Of a stretch of 64,000 nucleotides of DNA, positions 1 through 12,660 are shown piece by piece. The position numbers and the translations under genes are program-made. The notes beneath the pieces are model-generated. The model saw only the letters and a program-made list of their open reading frames with translations. It was not told where the DNA came from and did no database searches. The number at the start of each line of letters is the position of its first letter. The stretch's first letter is position 1. This DNA is from the human T2T-CHM13v2.0 reference genome, Homo sapiens: the NCBI RefSeq assembly GCF_009914755.1, contig NC_060925.1, one strand, 5' to 3'.

Positions 1-3000
1 AACCTAAAGCAACAGATTATCCTGTTTTATAGGATAGCATGTGACAGTAAATAATATTAGTAATTCTTAATTATTTCAAGAGTATGCATGTGTGTACAAA
101 CATGTATATACATGGGTATGTGTACATGTGTACATGCAAGTGTGTTTACATGTATATGTGTATATATGTTAACATAATTCATACTCTTTACTCATGACAG
201 AAATTTTACTGTCTATACAGAGACTCGACAGTACTTATAGACTCAATGCCCCTTCTTTGAGAAAACACATATGCATACAAGTATTCAAGGACTTCTTGGA
301 ATAAGCCTAAATTCTACCATGGCTGGAAAAACACATTGAAATCAATAAATCAAAGAATAATTCATTACATCATAGATCATAATTGGACACTAATAACAAT
401 ACCTTGTCTCTGATTATTTTGGCAATCTTAATATACACACCAAATTATCAATTGGTTAAGGCACTTATTTTGTAAGTGAGGACAGTCTAAAGAATATGTT
501 AAATAAGTAGCAATAGGTATATACATTTATACATGATAACATATTTATAAAGATTTTCTGTAATCTTTTGTCTCCAAACATTTCTGCAATTGGAGCTTAT
601 GACTCAGAGAGATGTATTAAAAACAACACTAGACTGGCCTTTAGGTGACTTGTATCAGTCTTCCCTCTGAAACTTATGAGTCTTCTACTGAGTCACTTTC
701 AGGCTTGGTTATCTCAAATGTAAAATAAGAAGATTGAATCTAATGATTCCTAAAACACTTCTATGTTGACTATTCAATAAGCTCATGATTCTGTGTAATT
801 ACCCTCCCTCTCACACCTAATTCATTATGATGATTAAAAAAGCAAGTAGTATGGTGTCACAGATCCGGGTTCAAATAACAGCATTTATTTTGTAGAAAGT
901 AGTGTCTTTTGTAGCAGACACATATTTATTAATTTTCTACATTTAGTTCATTTTGCTTTTCCCCCTCCCCAATGAAATTTAAATAATCTTCAAAGCAAAA
1001 CTGTAACAAGTGCACCAGTGTGGTATCTGTTATCTTTAAACCTACTTGAAAACAACAACCACAACAACAAAACACTAGTTGGTTTTTAGGAAAAATGAGG
1101 CAATTTTTTCCTTTCTTCTCACTGTGATCTTTGTGTATGCCTATGTATGTATCTATCTCCTCTCATTCTCTCCTAGAGAGCAAGAGACAATGTGCTTTTT
1201 ATTTTCTCTAATGATTTATTTACCTTCAACAATATACAGAATTCACTCTCTAAATTCACTTTATATCCATTCAAGTATTTTCCCCATTTTAAATAATATT
1301 TCAGGTGATATTGATCTGCTTGAATGATTTATATAAACCTTTGTACGTTGTGAATATATACTGTAAATTTATATCATGTTAACCAATTAAATATGGCCAA
1401 TCTTATTCAATCTAAAATAATAGACACTGAACACTTTGTCAAAAAGTTAATTTTTTATTATAATGTAATTAGAAAATGTATTTCAACTTACAAGACTTCT
1501 TTCAATAACATGTATTAATGATGACGATGTACATCATATTTAAAATGAAATTGATAAATGATTTAGTATTATTCAATTAGAATGATGCCACTGTAATCTA
1601 ACATTAATCCAAATTTTTCTTGATTTCCTGAATCCTCTCTTTAAAAAGTTAATTACTCAGTATTGACTTATTATCCTAATTAACTGTACACTAAATAATT
1701 TAAAGGACCTTAAAATAATTACCAGGCAAAGAGTTTGCATAATTGGTCACAATTTATGGACAATAATTATTGTTATTTTTTTAATGATAACTTGATATAT
1801 GCAGTAGAAAAAGCTGGAATGAGCAGAGTTTTATCATATATTCCCTCCAGTCCAAGAAAATAGCCTATGAAGTTAAGGAGGCATATTCTTTCATTCAGAC
1901 CACAGGGGTACTATTTTAATAAATTGCCACTTCAATGTGCAAAATAATGCCCCAATGGACTGGAAGCGAAGACTTGCTTCTGAAAGTCTAATTTGCACTA
2001 TGGGAGCAGTTTACTCACCTGACAAGTGCTGACCTGATGGATCATATTCTAAAATGCCAGCAGATTTATGCAAGTATAATTGATAGCAAATGCAAGCTGC
2101 AAAAGGCCACTTTTTTTTTTTCACTTCCCACATTAGGTTCCTAATTCACCAGTGTATGATTTCACAAAGCAGACACCTTATTAGGGCACAGGGACTTTGT
2201 ATGACATTATAACTCAACAGCTATTTTCAGGATTTATTATGTGATATGACTCAATTTTTTAAAAAAAATCAGTTCAGGTGTTGGCACTTAAGACAAATTA
2301 ACTTTCTGACAAGCCATTCTCCTTTTTTAATATACTGTTGCATGATGAACATTTTACAAAATAGAGAAAATACGACACATTAAAAAGCAATACAGAATCT
2401 TGTGAAAAATCCTAAGAACAGATTTTGTTTTAAAAAAAGCCCTTTAGAAACAATTTTAGACTTCGCCAAAATGGTGACAAGTGCTGGATCATTAACACCG
2501 TTCCAGCTCTCTGGAGAAGAAGTGCCATTAGTATCAATTTTCTAATGTGCCTGATAAGGCATTTTAGTGTAATATTAAATATACTTTTTGACACATTCTT
2601 TTGGGGCCATTTTAGAAAATGCAAATGAGAGCATCCAATGAAAGATATAATAGGTAACTCTGGTCAAGGCTGTTGAAAAGTTTGGGCTGGTCAGAGGGGA
2701 CGATTGAAAAGGAAGAGAGCTATTCAGAAGGCAATGAAAGGCAAGGCTGGAAAGGTGGATGGTTCTCTGCTTTCATTTAACCCTGGCTTAAACCCTGCTT
2801 TTCTTTTTAATAAACCTTCTCAAAGTTTTCTTATTCAACATACTATGGGAATTCAAGTGATTGGCTGAATGATAGTATTTTCAAGATTTAAAGGAACTTA
2901 TAAACCATTTAGTTACAAGCTCTTCTAATTAAAGGTGAAAAAACTAAATCAAGGAGAAGAAAGGAAACGAGGAAAATATTATACAGATAGATATTAGCAG

Positions 3001-3644
3001 AACCAGATTAGGAAGTTAGAACAAGGAATCCTTTTCTGTTTCATGAGCCAAATTATCTTTGAAAATAATCGAAATAGTTTACAAATTAACATTTTAAAAC
3101 ATGAGAAATAATTGAGAGAAAAATCTTTATGTTTTAATTGAGAAGATCCTATAATTTTTATTTCATTTATCTGGAAACCCCATTCAAAGGACACAAAGAA
3201 TGACATTGTTACCTACTTTCTTCTACTTTTCCAACAGTGCTTTTGGGAATAATGTACTTTTGGAATCTAGTGAGCTTTTACTAAACTTTTTTAAACTTCA
3301 TCTAACAGAATCATATTTTGGAATTTAAAAGTAACATTTCTATTTTGGAGAACATTTAATCCATAATTGGTCAGTGATAAAAGCAAAAATGAATCAATTT
3401 CACCATTCAGTAACAAAAAATCAACCCTAGAGACAACTCAGAATAGGATGTAGAGGAAGTAGCATCTACAGGGAATAGAGGGGAGCCTTTTCCTTGCTCC
3501 TCTGTGAATTTTAAGGTGAGAATGCACTAGACGGGGGAAGCAAGAAGCTCTAAATACATTCTCTGATTTCTACTCTGTGGGTCCCAGAATGGGAAAGCAT
3601 GCTATCTAGGCTGAGAAGAAACCTGAAATTAAGAAAGATTTATG

Positions 3645-3696
<52 letters not shown>

Positions 3697-3724
3697 GTCT
3701 GTCTGTCTCACTATCTATCTATCT
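3645..3724. repeat. Compound tetranucleotide STR (ATCT)13(GTCT)3 CACT(ATCT)3
   Basis: Repeat units read directly from the sequence. Confidence 0.95.
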
Positions 3725-6700
3725 ATGAATGATAAACAAAAGTCATCTTTTGGTTTGGGGACCTGAAAAGAGATTGTGATGGAGGCTGGCCACATGTATC
3801 ATGAGTGCTTATAAAATGGCAATAACATAGAGAAATGTCCATAAATGAAGCTGTGGTATGCTGCTGGCTCTCTCCTTGCTGTATGCTGCAAGGGATCTAG
3901 AGGTAGTCACATGCCCAGGGGAAGGGACAGATAGGTAATTAGAGAACGGATGGGCCAGTAGAGGATGGTGGTTACATTAAACACATTATGTTATTCACCA
4001 ATTTACAACTGAAAGTAAATGCTGAGAGTGACATACCCCAAATGTGGATGTGAGCATGGGATTACCAAAGTCCAGTTATGACATATCACACTGTCCTGTC
4101 ACCAGTCCAGAGATGGCAAAGATGCTTGTATGGATGAAAGGACACCAGATGCTCCTTGCTCTACTGCTCTTATGCCCACACCCAATTCTTCATCAACCTT
4201 AAAAAGAGAAGGGGGAGTGGAAGTAGGAGAACTAAAAACTCACCCATAAGAGAACACTCAAAGTGAAAGACACCTTTTTTACATTTAATTTATACTTTTA
4301 TTTTGAGGCACCCTGTTTTAATTTTTTACAAAATTATTCTATTACTTCTTAGTCGAATGTAACTTCATAAAAAGATCAGATTAATTATAGATAAAAAAGA
4401 AGCTATATTATCTTTGCACATTTGAGATATACTGGAGTGCACATTTTCAATCTTGCAATCCAGTATAGTATGTAGATAAGATGAATACAGGTCAAAGACA
4501 CATTCAAAAGAATAGTAATTTTAGGTCAGGGAAAAGAAAGAAGGATATACATTTACTCTTGCACAGCTCACAAGTCTCCTGCAACAATATAACAATTTCT
4601 AGAAAAGCAGAAAATTCTCACCCATTGACAAAATAGTTTGTGGAATTGCTGAAAGTTAGAAACCATATGATGTAGAAAACCTCAGAGGAACTAACAACTT
4701 GACAAAGCAAACAACAAACAAACAAAATGCAAATCTGGCTATGCATTCAATGAGGCAGAAGGGATACAGAGATAAGAATGACTCATTGGGCAATTGGATT
4801 CAGAAAAACAATATAAGAAGCCTCCTTCTTTTCTTATAATGTCCTTACCCCTGGACTAAGGCGAAGTGCTTGAATCAGAGGATGAGTCCACTGCCCTAGC
4901 TGAAAGTGACTCCTCCAAGGAGATTAGAACCTTCTGTGCAGATGAACAATCATCTCTACTCCCAATGTCTTAATGGCGTAATAGTTTAAGGACTACAGGT
5001 ATTTATTCATAGACTGTTTTTGAGAGCACATGTTTATAGGCTGTTAAAAAGACTGTTTTAATTAAAGAAATGTGAATCCACATGAGTATTTGTTGAAAAA
5101 CAATATGATGCAAGTGGAGCACTAAAGACAGAAACAGATGAACCAATAATTTTTAAAAATAATAATAAATGTAGTAAATACAAAAATACTCTGACTTTAG
5201 TTTAATTAACTTAGACTTCATTGGGAGGATACTAAAGTCAAAAAATAAATGATATCTATAATAAAAGAAAAGCAAGTATAAAATCTTGAAATAAAATACA
5301 GGGTCGAAAGGAACTAAATGGATAAGCTGAAGAAGAGAATAAACTCCACTGAAGAACAAATTTTTATGTCTTAAAGATTAAGCTAAAGGGCTCTTTTAGG
5401 AAGACTGGCAAAAGAACAAGGGGATTCTTCCTCTTATAATACCATGGCAGTCTAGACATTCTGAAAGAACTTTTCATTTTTAATATGCAGATAAAAATAA
5501 ATCATAAAATTAAAATTCATATATGGCTGGGCTTGGAAGAAAATAAGAAAATTCCCAGAGATAATAAAAAAGAGTATCAGAATAACACCAGAGTGGTTAA
5601 AAAAATGAAGCTGGGGTTTCCCTAGAGCACATCAGGGAACATAGAGCCCAGGGAATTAACATTTGTGCCCTGGACAATAGTAGAAGAGGCCTTGAGTTTA
5701 TTCAAAGGAAGGAAGCTTAACTTAATATATAAGCCAAAATTTGGAACACACTGAACAGCTATATCCTTAAAGTAGTAAACAACAAAACAAAACAAAACAA
5801 GCAAAACTGTGGCTGGAAACCAAGGGAACTATTGAGGAAACCAGGCTCTGTATGCCATTTCTAGGTGGAATAATAAAACTAATTGTTTACCTTGGGAATT
5901 TGAAGCCTTAAGCCTGTGCTCACACTGGAATATGATTTTATTTTGCATTACTTAAGCAGCGTGAGAAACATCAAGTTGAGAAATTGACTAAAGTATTTCA
6001 AAGTCAGTAGGACCACTCTGTTGCCTGCCAAAAGCGGTTACAAATACTTTCTGAAGAGTAGAATTCTCATTCCAGGTCTCTCAAGATTCTCCAAGATTGA
6101 GTTTCACAAAACATGAGCTCCTAATAAAATGGTATCAAACTCAAGAAGAAACATGCTGTCATGAGAAGACAATAAACAAGAGATTTACATTCTGAAAGAC
6201 CCCAATATTGCAAAGACAATTTGCAGAACATAAAGTAACAATGCATGCAACAACAAAAAAAAAGTTCCATTATATGGGTTTGTAGTCCAAAATCACATTA
6301 TTTATCTTGTGTGGAAAATTCAGGTCAAGATTTATTTTAATATTGGTTAACATTGGCCCAGTAGCTTGATAGATACAAACACAATTCCTCTGGAGAAATG
6401 AAGTTTCCAACACAAACTTACATATTCCTTATGATAAAGATGAGAAGAAATGTGTACTCATGATAAAAATGTCCTATGTTTTGAATATTCCTGCATGCTC
6501 ACTCAAACTTAGACAACCACAAATAAACAAAGAATAATGAATGAAAATTAACAGAAAAAAGTCAGCAGCATCATTTTTCCTAAGATTTCAAATATAGGAA
6601 TTATAATTAAGGCAAAATAAATAAATATATTATTCAAGTAATGGAAAAGAAAAAAATAGAAAGCATAGAGGTGTTTATAGTATTCTGTGATGGTAGTTTG

Positions 6701-6901
6701 TATTTCTGTGGGATCAGTGGTGATATCCCCTTTATCATTTTTTATTGTGTCTATTTGATTCTTCTCTCTTTTCTTCTTTATTAGTCTGGTTAGTGGTCTA
6801 TCTAGTTCTGTTAATCTTTTCAAAAAACAAGCTCCTGGATTCATTGATTTTTTGAAGGGTTTTTCCTATCTCTATCTCCTTCATTTCTGTTCTGATCTTA
6901 G

Positions 6902-7624
6902 TTATTTCTTGTCTTCTGCTAGCTTTGAATTTGTTTGCTCTTGCTTACCTAGTTCTTTTAATTGTGATGTTAGGGTGTCAATGTTAGATCTTTCCCATTT
7001 TCTCCTGTGGGCATTTAGTGCTATAAATTTCTCTCTAAACATTGCTTTAGCTGTGTCCCAGAGATTCTGGTACATTGTGTCTTTGTTCTCATTGGTTTCA
7101 AAGAACTTACTTATTTCTGCCTTAACTTCATTATTTACCCAGTAGTGATTCAAGAGCAGGTTGTTCAGTTTCCATGTAGTGCAGTTTTGAGTGAGTTTCT
7201 TAATCCTGAATTCTAATTTGATTGCACTGTGGTCTGAGAGTCTGTTTGTTATGATTTCTGTTCTTTTGCATTTGCTGAGAAGTGTCTTACTTCCAATTAT
7301 GTGGTCAGTTTTAGAATACATGCCATGTGTTGCTGAGAAGAATGTATATTCTGTTGATTTGGGGTGGGGCATTCTGTAGACGTCTATTAGGTCTGCTTGG
7401 TGCAGAGCTGGGTTCGAGTTCTGAATATCCTTGTTAATTTTCTGTCTTGTTGATCTGTCTAATATTGACAGTGGGGTGTTAAAGTCTCCCACTATTAGTG
7501 TGTGGGAGTCTAAGTCTCTGTGTAGGTCTCTAAGAACTTGCTTTATGAATCTTGGTGCTCCTGTATTGGGTGAATATATATTTGGGATAGTTAGCTCTTC
7601 TTGTTGCATTGATCCCTTTACCAT
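6902..7624 (-). pseudogene. L1 ORF2 APE-like endonuclease fragment (inverted segment)
   Basis: Translated ORF has the L1 EN motifs GDFN and SDH; no intact start, and frameshifted downstream. Confidence 0.9.
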
Positions 7625-8575
7625 TATGTAAAGCCCTTGTTTGTTTGTTTGTTTTTATCTTTGTTGGTTTAAAGTCTGTTTCATTGAAGACTAGGATTGC
7701 AACCCCTGATTATTTTTTTGCTTTCCGTTTGCTTAGTAAATAGTCCTCTATCCCTTTATTTTGAGCCTAGAAGAAATGAAGAAATTCCTGGACACATACA
7801 CCCTCCCAAGGCTAAACCAGGAAAAAGTCAAATCCCTGAATAGACCAATAACAATTTCTGAAATTAAGGCAGTAATTAATAGCCTATCAACCAAAAAAAA
7901 GCCCAGGATGAGACAGATTCACAGCCAAATTCTACCAGAGGAAGAAACAGGAGCTGGTACCATGCCTTCTGAAACTATTCCAAACAATAAAAAAAGAAGG
8001 ACTCCTCCCTAACTCATTTTATAAGGCCAGCCTCATCCTGATACCAAAGCCTGGCAGAGACACAACAAAAAAAGAGAATTTCAGGCCAATCTCCTTGAAG
8101 AACATCGATGCGAGTATCCTCAATAAAATACTGGCAAACCAAATCCAGCAGCATATCAAAAAGCTTATTCACCATGATCACGTCAGCTTCATCCCTGGGA
8201 TGTAAGCCTGGTTCAACACACACAAATCAATAAACATAAGCCATCACATAAACAGAACCAATGACAAAAAACACATGATTATCTCAATAGATGCATAAAA
8301 GGTCTTCAATAAAATTGAACACCCATTCATGCTAAAAACTCTCAATAAACTAGGTATTGGTAGAACGTAAAATAATAAGAGCTATTTATGAAAAACCCAC
8401 AGCCGATATCATACTGAATGGACAAAAACTGGAAGCATTCCCTTTGAAAACTAGCACAAGACAAGGATGCCCTCTCTCACCTCTCCTAATCAAGATAGTA
8501 TTGGGAGTTCTGGCCCTGGCAATAAGGAAAGAGAAAGAAATAAAGGATATGCGAATAGGAAGAGAGTAAGTCAAA

Positions 8576-9109
8576 TTGTCTCTGTTTGCAGATGACATGA
8601 TTGTATATTTAGAAAACCCCATCATCTCAGCCCCAAATCTCCTTAGGCTGATAAGCAACTTCAGCACAATCTCAGGATACAAAATCAATGTGCAAAAATC
8701 ACAAGCATTCTTATACACCAATAATAGACAAACAGAGAGCCAAATCATGAGTGAACTCCCATTCACAATTGCTACAAAGAGAATAAAATACCTAGGAATA
8801 CAACTTAAAAAGGATGTGAAGGACCTCTTCAAGGAGAACTACAAACCACTGCTCAAGGAAATAAGAGAGGACACAAACAAATGGAAGAACATTCCATGCT
8901 CATGGATAGGAAGAATCAATATGGTGAAAATGGCCATACTGCCCAAAGTAATTTATAGATTCAATGCTATCCCCATCAAGCTACCATTGACTTTCTTCAC
9001 AGAATTAGAAAAAAACCACCTTAAATTTCATATGGAACCAAAAAAGAGACCTCATAGCCAAGACAATCCTAAGCCAAAAGAACAAAACTGGAGGCATCAT
9101 GCTACCTGA
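8576..9109 (+). pseudogene. L1 ORF2 reverse transcriptase fragment
   Basis: FADD motif, [10 protein letters not shown] and KYLGIQL; flanked by stops and frameshifts. Confidence 0.9.
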
Positions 9110-10665
9110 CTTCAAACTATACTCCATGGCTACAGTAACCAAAACAGCATTGTACTGGTACCAAAAGAGGCCTTCGATAAAATTGAACACCCATTCATAC
9201 TAAAAACTCTCAATAAACTAGGTATTGATGGAAAGTATCTCAAAATAATAAGATATATATGTATATATATATCTCAGTGGAACAGAACAGAGGCCTCAGA
9301 AATAACACCACACATCTACAAATATCTAACATTTGACAAACCTGACAAAATCAAGCAATGGGGAAAGGATTCCCTATTTAATAAATGGTGCTGGGAAAAC
9401 TGGCTAGCCATGTGCAGAAAACTGAAACTGGACCCCTTCCTTATACCTTATACAAAAATCAACTCAAGATGGATTAAAGAATTAAATGTAAGACCTAAAA
9501 CCATAAAAACCCTAGAAGAAACCTAGGCAATACCATTCAGGACATAGGCATGGGCGAAGAATTCATGACTAAAACACCAAAAGCAATGGCAAACAAAAGC
9601 CAAAATTGACAAATGGGATCTAATTAAACTAAAGAGCTTCTGCACAGCAAAAAAAAAAAAAAAAACTATCATCAGAAGGAACAGGAAACCTACAGAATGG
9701 GAGAAAATGTTTGCAATCTACCCATCTGACAAATGGTTAATATCAATAATCTACAAGGAATTTAAACAAATTTACAAGAAAAAACAAACAACCTCATCAA
9801 AAAGTGGGCGAAGGACATGAACAGACACTTCTCAAAAGAAGACATTTATGTAGCCAAAAAACATATGAAAAAATGCTCACCATCACTGGCTATCAGAGAA
9901 ATGCAAATCAAAACCACAATGAGATACCATCTCACACCAGTTAGAATGGCAATCATTAAAAAGTCAGGAAACAACAGGTGCTGGAGAGGATGTGGAGAAA
10001 TAGGAATGCTTTTATACTGTTGGTGGGAGTGTAAATTAGTTCAACCATTGTGGAAGACAGTATGGCGATTCCTCAAGGATCTAGAACCAGAAATACCATT
10101 TGACCCAAGAATCCCATTACTGGATATATACCCAAAGGATTATAAATCATTCTACTATAAAGACACATGCATACCTATGTTTATTGCAGCACTGTTCACA
10201 ATAGCAAAGACTTGGAACTAACCCAAATGCCCACCAATGATAGACTGGATAAACAAAATGTCACACATATACACCATGGAATACTATGTAGCCATAAAAA
10301 AGAATGAGATCATGTCCTTTGCAGGAACACGGATGTAACCGAAAGCCATCATCCTCTGCAAACTAACACAGGAACAGAAAAACCAAACCCCACATGTTCT
10401 CACTCATAAGTGGGAGCTGAACAATGAGAACACATGGACACAGGGAGGGGAACGTCACACACTGGGGCCTGTCGGGGGGTTGGGGGCTAGGAGAGGGATA
10501 GCATTAGGAGAAATACCTAATGTAGATGACGGGTTGATGGGTGCAGCAAACCACCATGGCATGTGTATACCTATGTAACAAACCTTCCCATTCTGCACAT
10601 GTATCCCAGAACTTAAAGTATAATAAAATAAATAAATAAATAGAAAACATGGTGAGTTTTTAAAA

Positions 10666-10804
10666 TTTATTTATTTATTTACTTTTTAGAGATGAAGTCT
10701 CACTATGTTTTTCAGGCTGGTCTTGAACTCCTGGCTGCAAGTCATCCTCCTGCCTCTGCCTCTTGAGTAGGTGGGATTATAGGAACAAGCTGTGGTGCCT
10801 GGCT
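10666..10804 (-). mobile_element. Free Alu monomer (FLAM-like)
   Basis: (TTTA)n tail, then AGAGATGAAGTCTCACTATGTT..CAGGCTGGTCTTGAACTCCTGG..GGGATTATAGG..CCTGGC; single-arm length. Confidence 0.75.
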
Positions 10805-11249
10805 CTAGAAGTGTGGTGCTTTAAAAGAAAAATTTCCAGGAGATTTATAAGCCTTCCAAAACTATAAAGTGTAATTATTCATTCATCCATACAACTCTTA
10901 ATGGATATATAATATATGCCTTATATTTATTTAGATCACAGAGCCAGTCATGAACAAAACAGACAAAAACTCCATTCGTGTGTTGATTGCATTCCAGGGC
11001 ATGTGGGGGTTGGAGGGAGAACAAAAAAAAGCAAAGCAAAACAAAACCAAAGCCATGTATAATACAGTAAGGTGGTAAGCTACACAGTGAAAAATAGATT
11101 TGAGAGGAACAATACATAACAATTAGGGAGAGAAGCAATACATCTATAAATAGATCGCTGATGAAAATCTTAAACATAACATTTGGCCAAAGACTTAAAA
11201 AAGGCAAAAAGTGAGGAAATGAGATATCAAAATTTATGACTACATAGAT

Positions 11250-11435
11250 CAGAAGGCCAAATTGACCCTGTGGCATTCTTTTGTGTAGACTGGGAGCTAA
11301 TGTTTTTGTTGCTGTTTTTTAATTTTTGTCTAAGGGTTGTAAAACATAAACACAGAATAATTTATGGTAGAGAACCATAGTGGAATACCAAAAATATTTA
11401 TTATCTGGTTCTTAAAAAATGTTTGCTGACCCTTG
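11250..11435. mobile_element. Degenerate hAT-Charlie MITE (MER58-like)
   Basis: End AAAATATTTATTATCTGG..AAATGTTTGCTGACCCTTG resembles the recalled MER58 terminus. Confidence 0.45.
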
Positions 11436-11489
11436 ACCAGAGGAAAGATATTTTGATAGAAGAAAGAACAAATGAAAAAATATTACAAA

Positions 11490-12190
11490 TGGTACCAGGA
11501 AAAGAGTCATCTCATGAGAAAATAAAGAAATTGGGTTTGTATCTCACACTATGCAGAGAAATCAATTTCTAATGGGTTAAATAAAAAAATTTAAAGGTAA
11601 CACATTAAGCCTTTTAGAACAGAATGTAAGAAAATACATTTATTACTTCAGGATAGAAAGGGACTTCTTAATCTAAAGCAAAATGTGCTAACCGTGAGAA
11701 AAAATATTAATAGAACTGACTATATTAAAATTAAGAACTGAGTTTATCAAACTGCAACAAAAAGAAAATTTGAATAAATAAAAAAGGTAGAAGATATTGG
11801 TAACATATTTAAAGCAATCAGGATTTAATCTATTAAATATTAAGAATTTATAATTATACATAAGAATAAGACAAGCAGCCTAGCACAAACTAGGCAAAAG
11901 TCATGAACAAGCATTTGTTCTGATGAGAAAACAGGATTAGCATTTAAAGACATGGAAAGATCTTTGCCCTAATCAATAATACAATAGGGCAAATTAAATC
12001 CATAATGAAACACTATTTTTCACAAACTATGTTGACAGAAATTAAGAAATTTTGGTGGAGGATGTGAATCAATGGAAACAGTATGAACTGATATTGAGAG
12101 TGTAAAATTAGTACAAATATTTTCAGAAACCATTTTGCTCTTGCTTGTAAAATTGAACGTCTGTGAAATCTACAACACTGACGTGGACTC
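11490..12190 (+). mobile_element. Ancient L1M (L1ME-like) ORF2 3' fragment
   Basis: A-rich degenerate L1 motifs (ATCTCACACTATGCAGAGAAATCAATT, GACTATATTAAAATTAAGAAC, GGTGGAGGATGTGAATCAATGGAA). Boundaries approximate. Confidence 0.55.
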
Positions 12191-12214
12191 CTGGATCTTT
12201 CTTACTTTAATTTC

Positions 12215-12660
12215 CTCTAGATGCAAACTCTGAATCAAGAATAAGAGTGGTAGTAACCTATTTGAGAATTCATTTCAGGAAACATCAGAAACGCAATGAG
12301 AAACTGAGAAAAAGAAGAAAAGTAAGCCAGTAAAGGGTGGATTATAAAGCAAGTTACCACTGTAGGCAATTAAAGCATTATCACACTTTGGTAAACTCTG
12401 AGAGGCGGTACACACTAGGGTTATCCCACCTGAGGTGGGGTGAGTGTGCAGCAAGAGGCATTATTTATATACCAAGTTTCATCAGTCATTGAGTTCTGAT
12501 CATTAATTGCCAGAACGTCTGACTTGCCAAGAGGCAGAGCATGCTTCAAAAGACAGAGAAATTATTTGGCAAAAGGATACAGCAGCTTGTGTGTGATAGT
12601 TGGATCCCCACGGATAGAAAAGGTAAAGGCTGAAGTATACAGAGGTAGCATTAACAGTGC
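12215..12660. mobile_element. Ancient ERVL-type solo LTR (LTR41/LTR33-like)
   Basis: AAGCCAGTAAAGGGTGGATTATAAAGCAAGTTACCACTGTAGGCAA resembles recalled ERVL LTR sequence; it interrupts the L1M remnant. Subfamily uncertain. Confidence 0.4.

Larger units (their letters stand above)
6663..10640 (+). mobile_element. 5'-truncated, 5'-inverted LINE-1 (L1PA7/L1PA8-like), ORF2 disrupted
   Basis: Minus-strand ORF2 endonuclease part at 6663-7769 (ORF 6902..7624: [36 protein letters not shown]). Plus-strand RT, C-terminus and 3'UTR at 7767-10640 ([42 protein letters not shown]). A-rich tail, and degenerate TSD AAATAGAAA(G/A)CAT(A/G)G at ~6654-6668 and ~10638-10652. 3'UTR GTAGATGACGGGTTGATGGGTGCAGCAAAC resembles PA7/PA8. 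Confidence 0.93.

Noticed and set aside
10641-10827. TAGAAAACATGGTGAGTTTTTAAAA / TAGAAGTGTGGTGCTTTAAAA as a FLAM TSD re-used by the L1
   Set aside because: The similarity is too degenerate to distinguish from chance.
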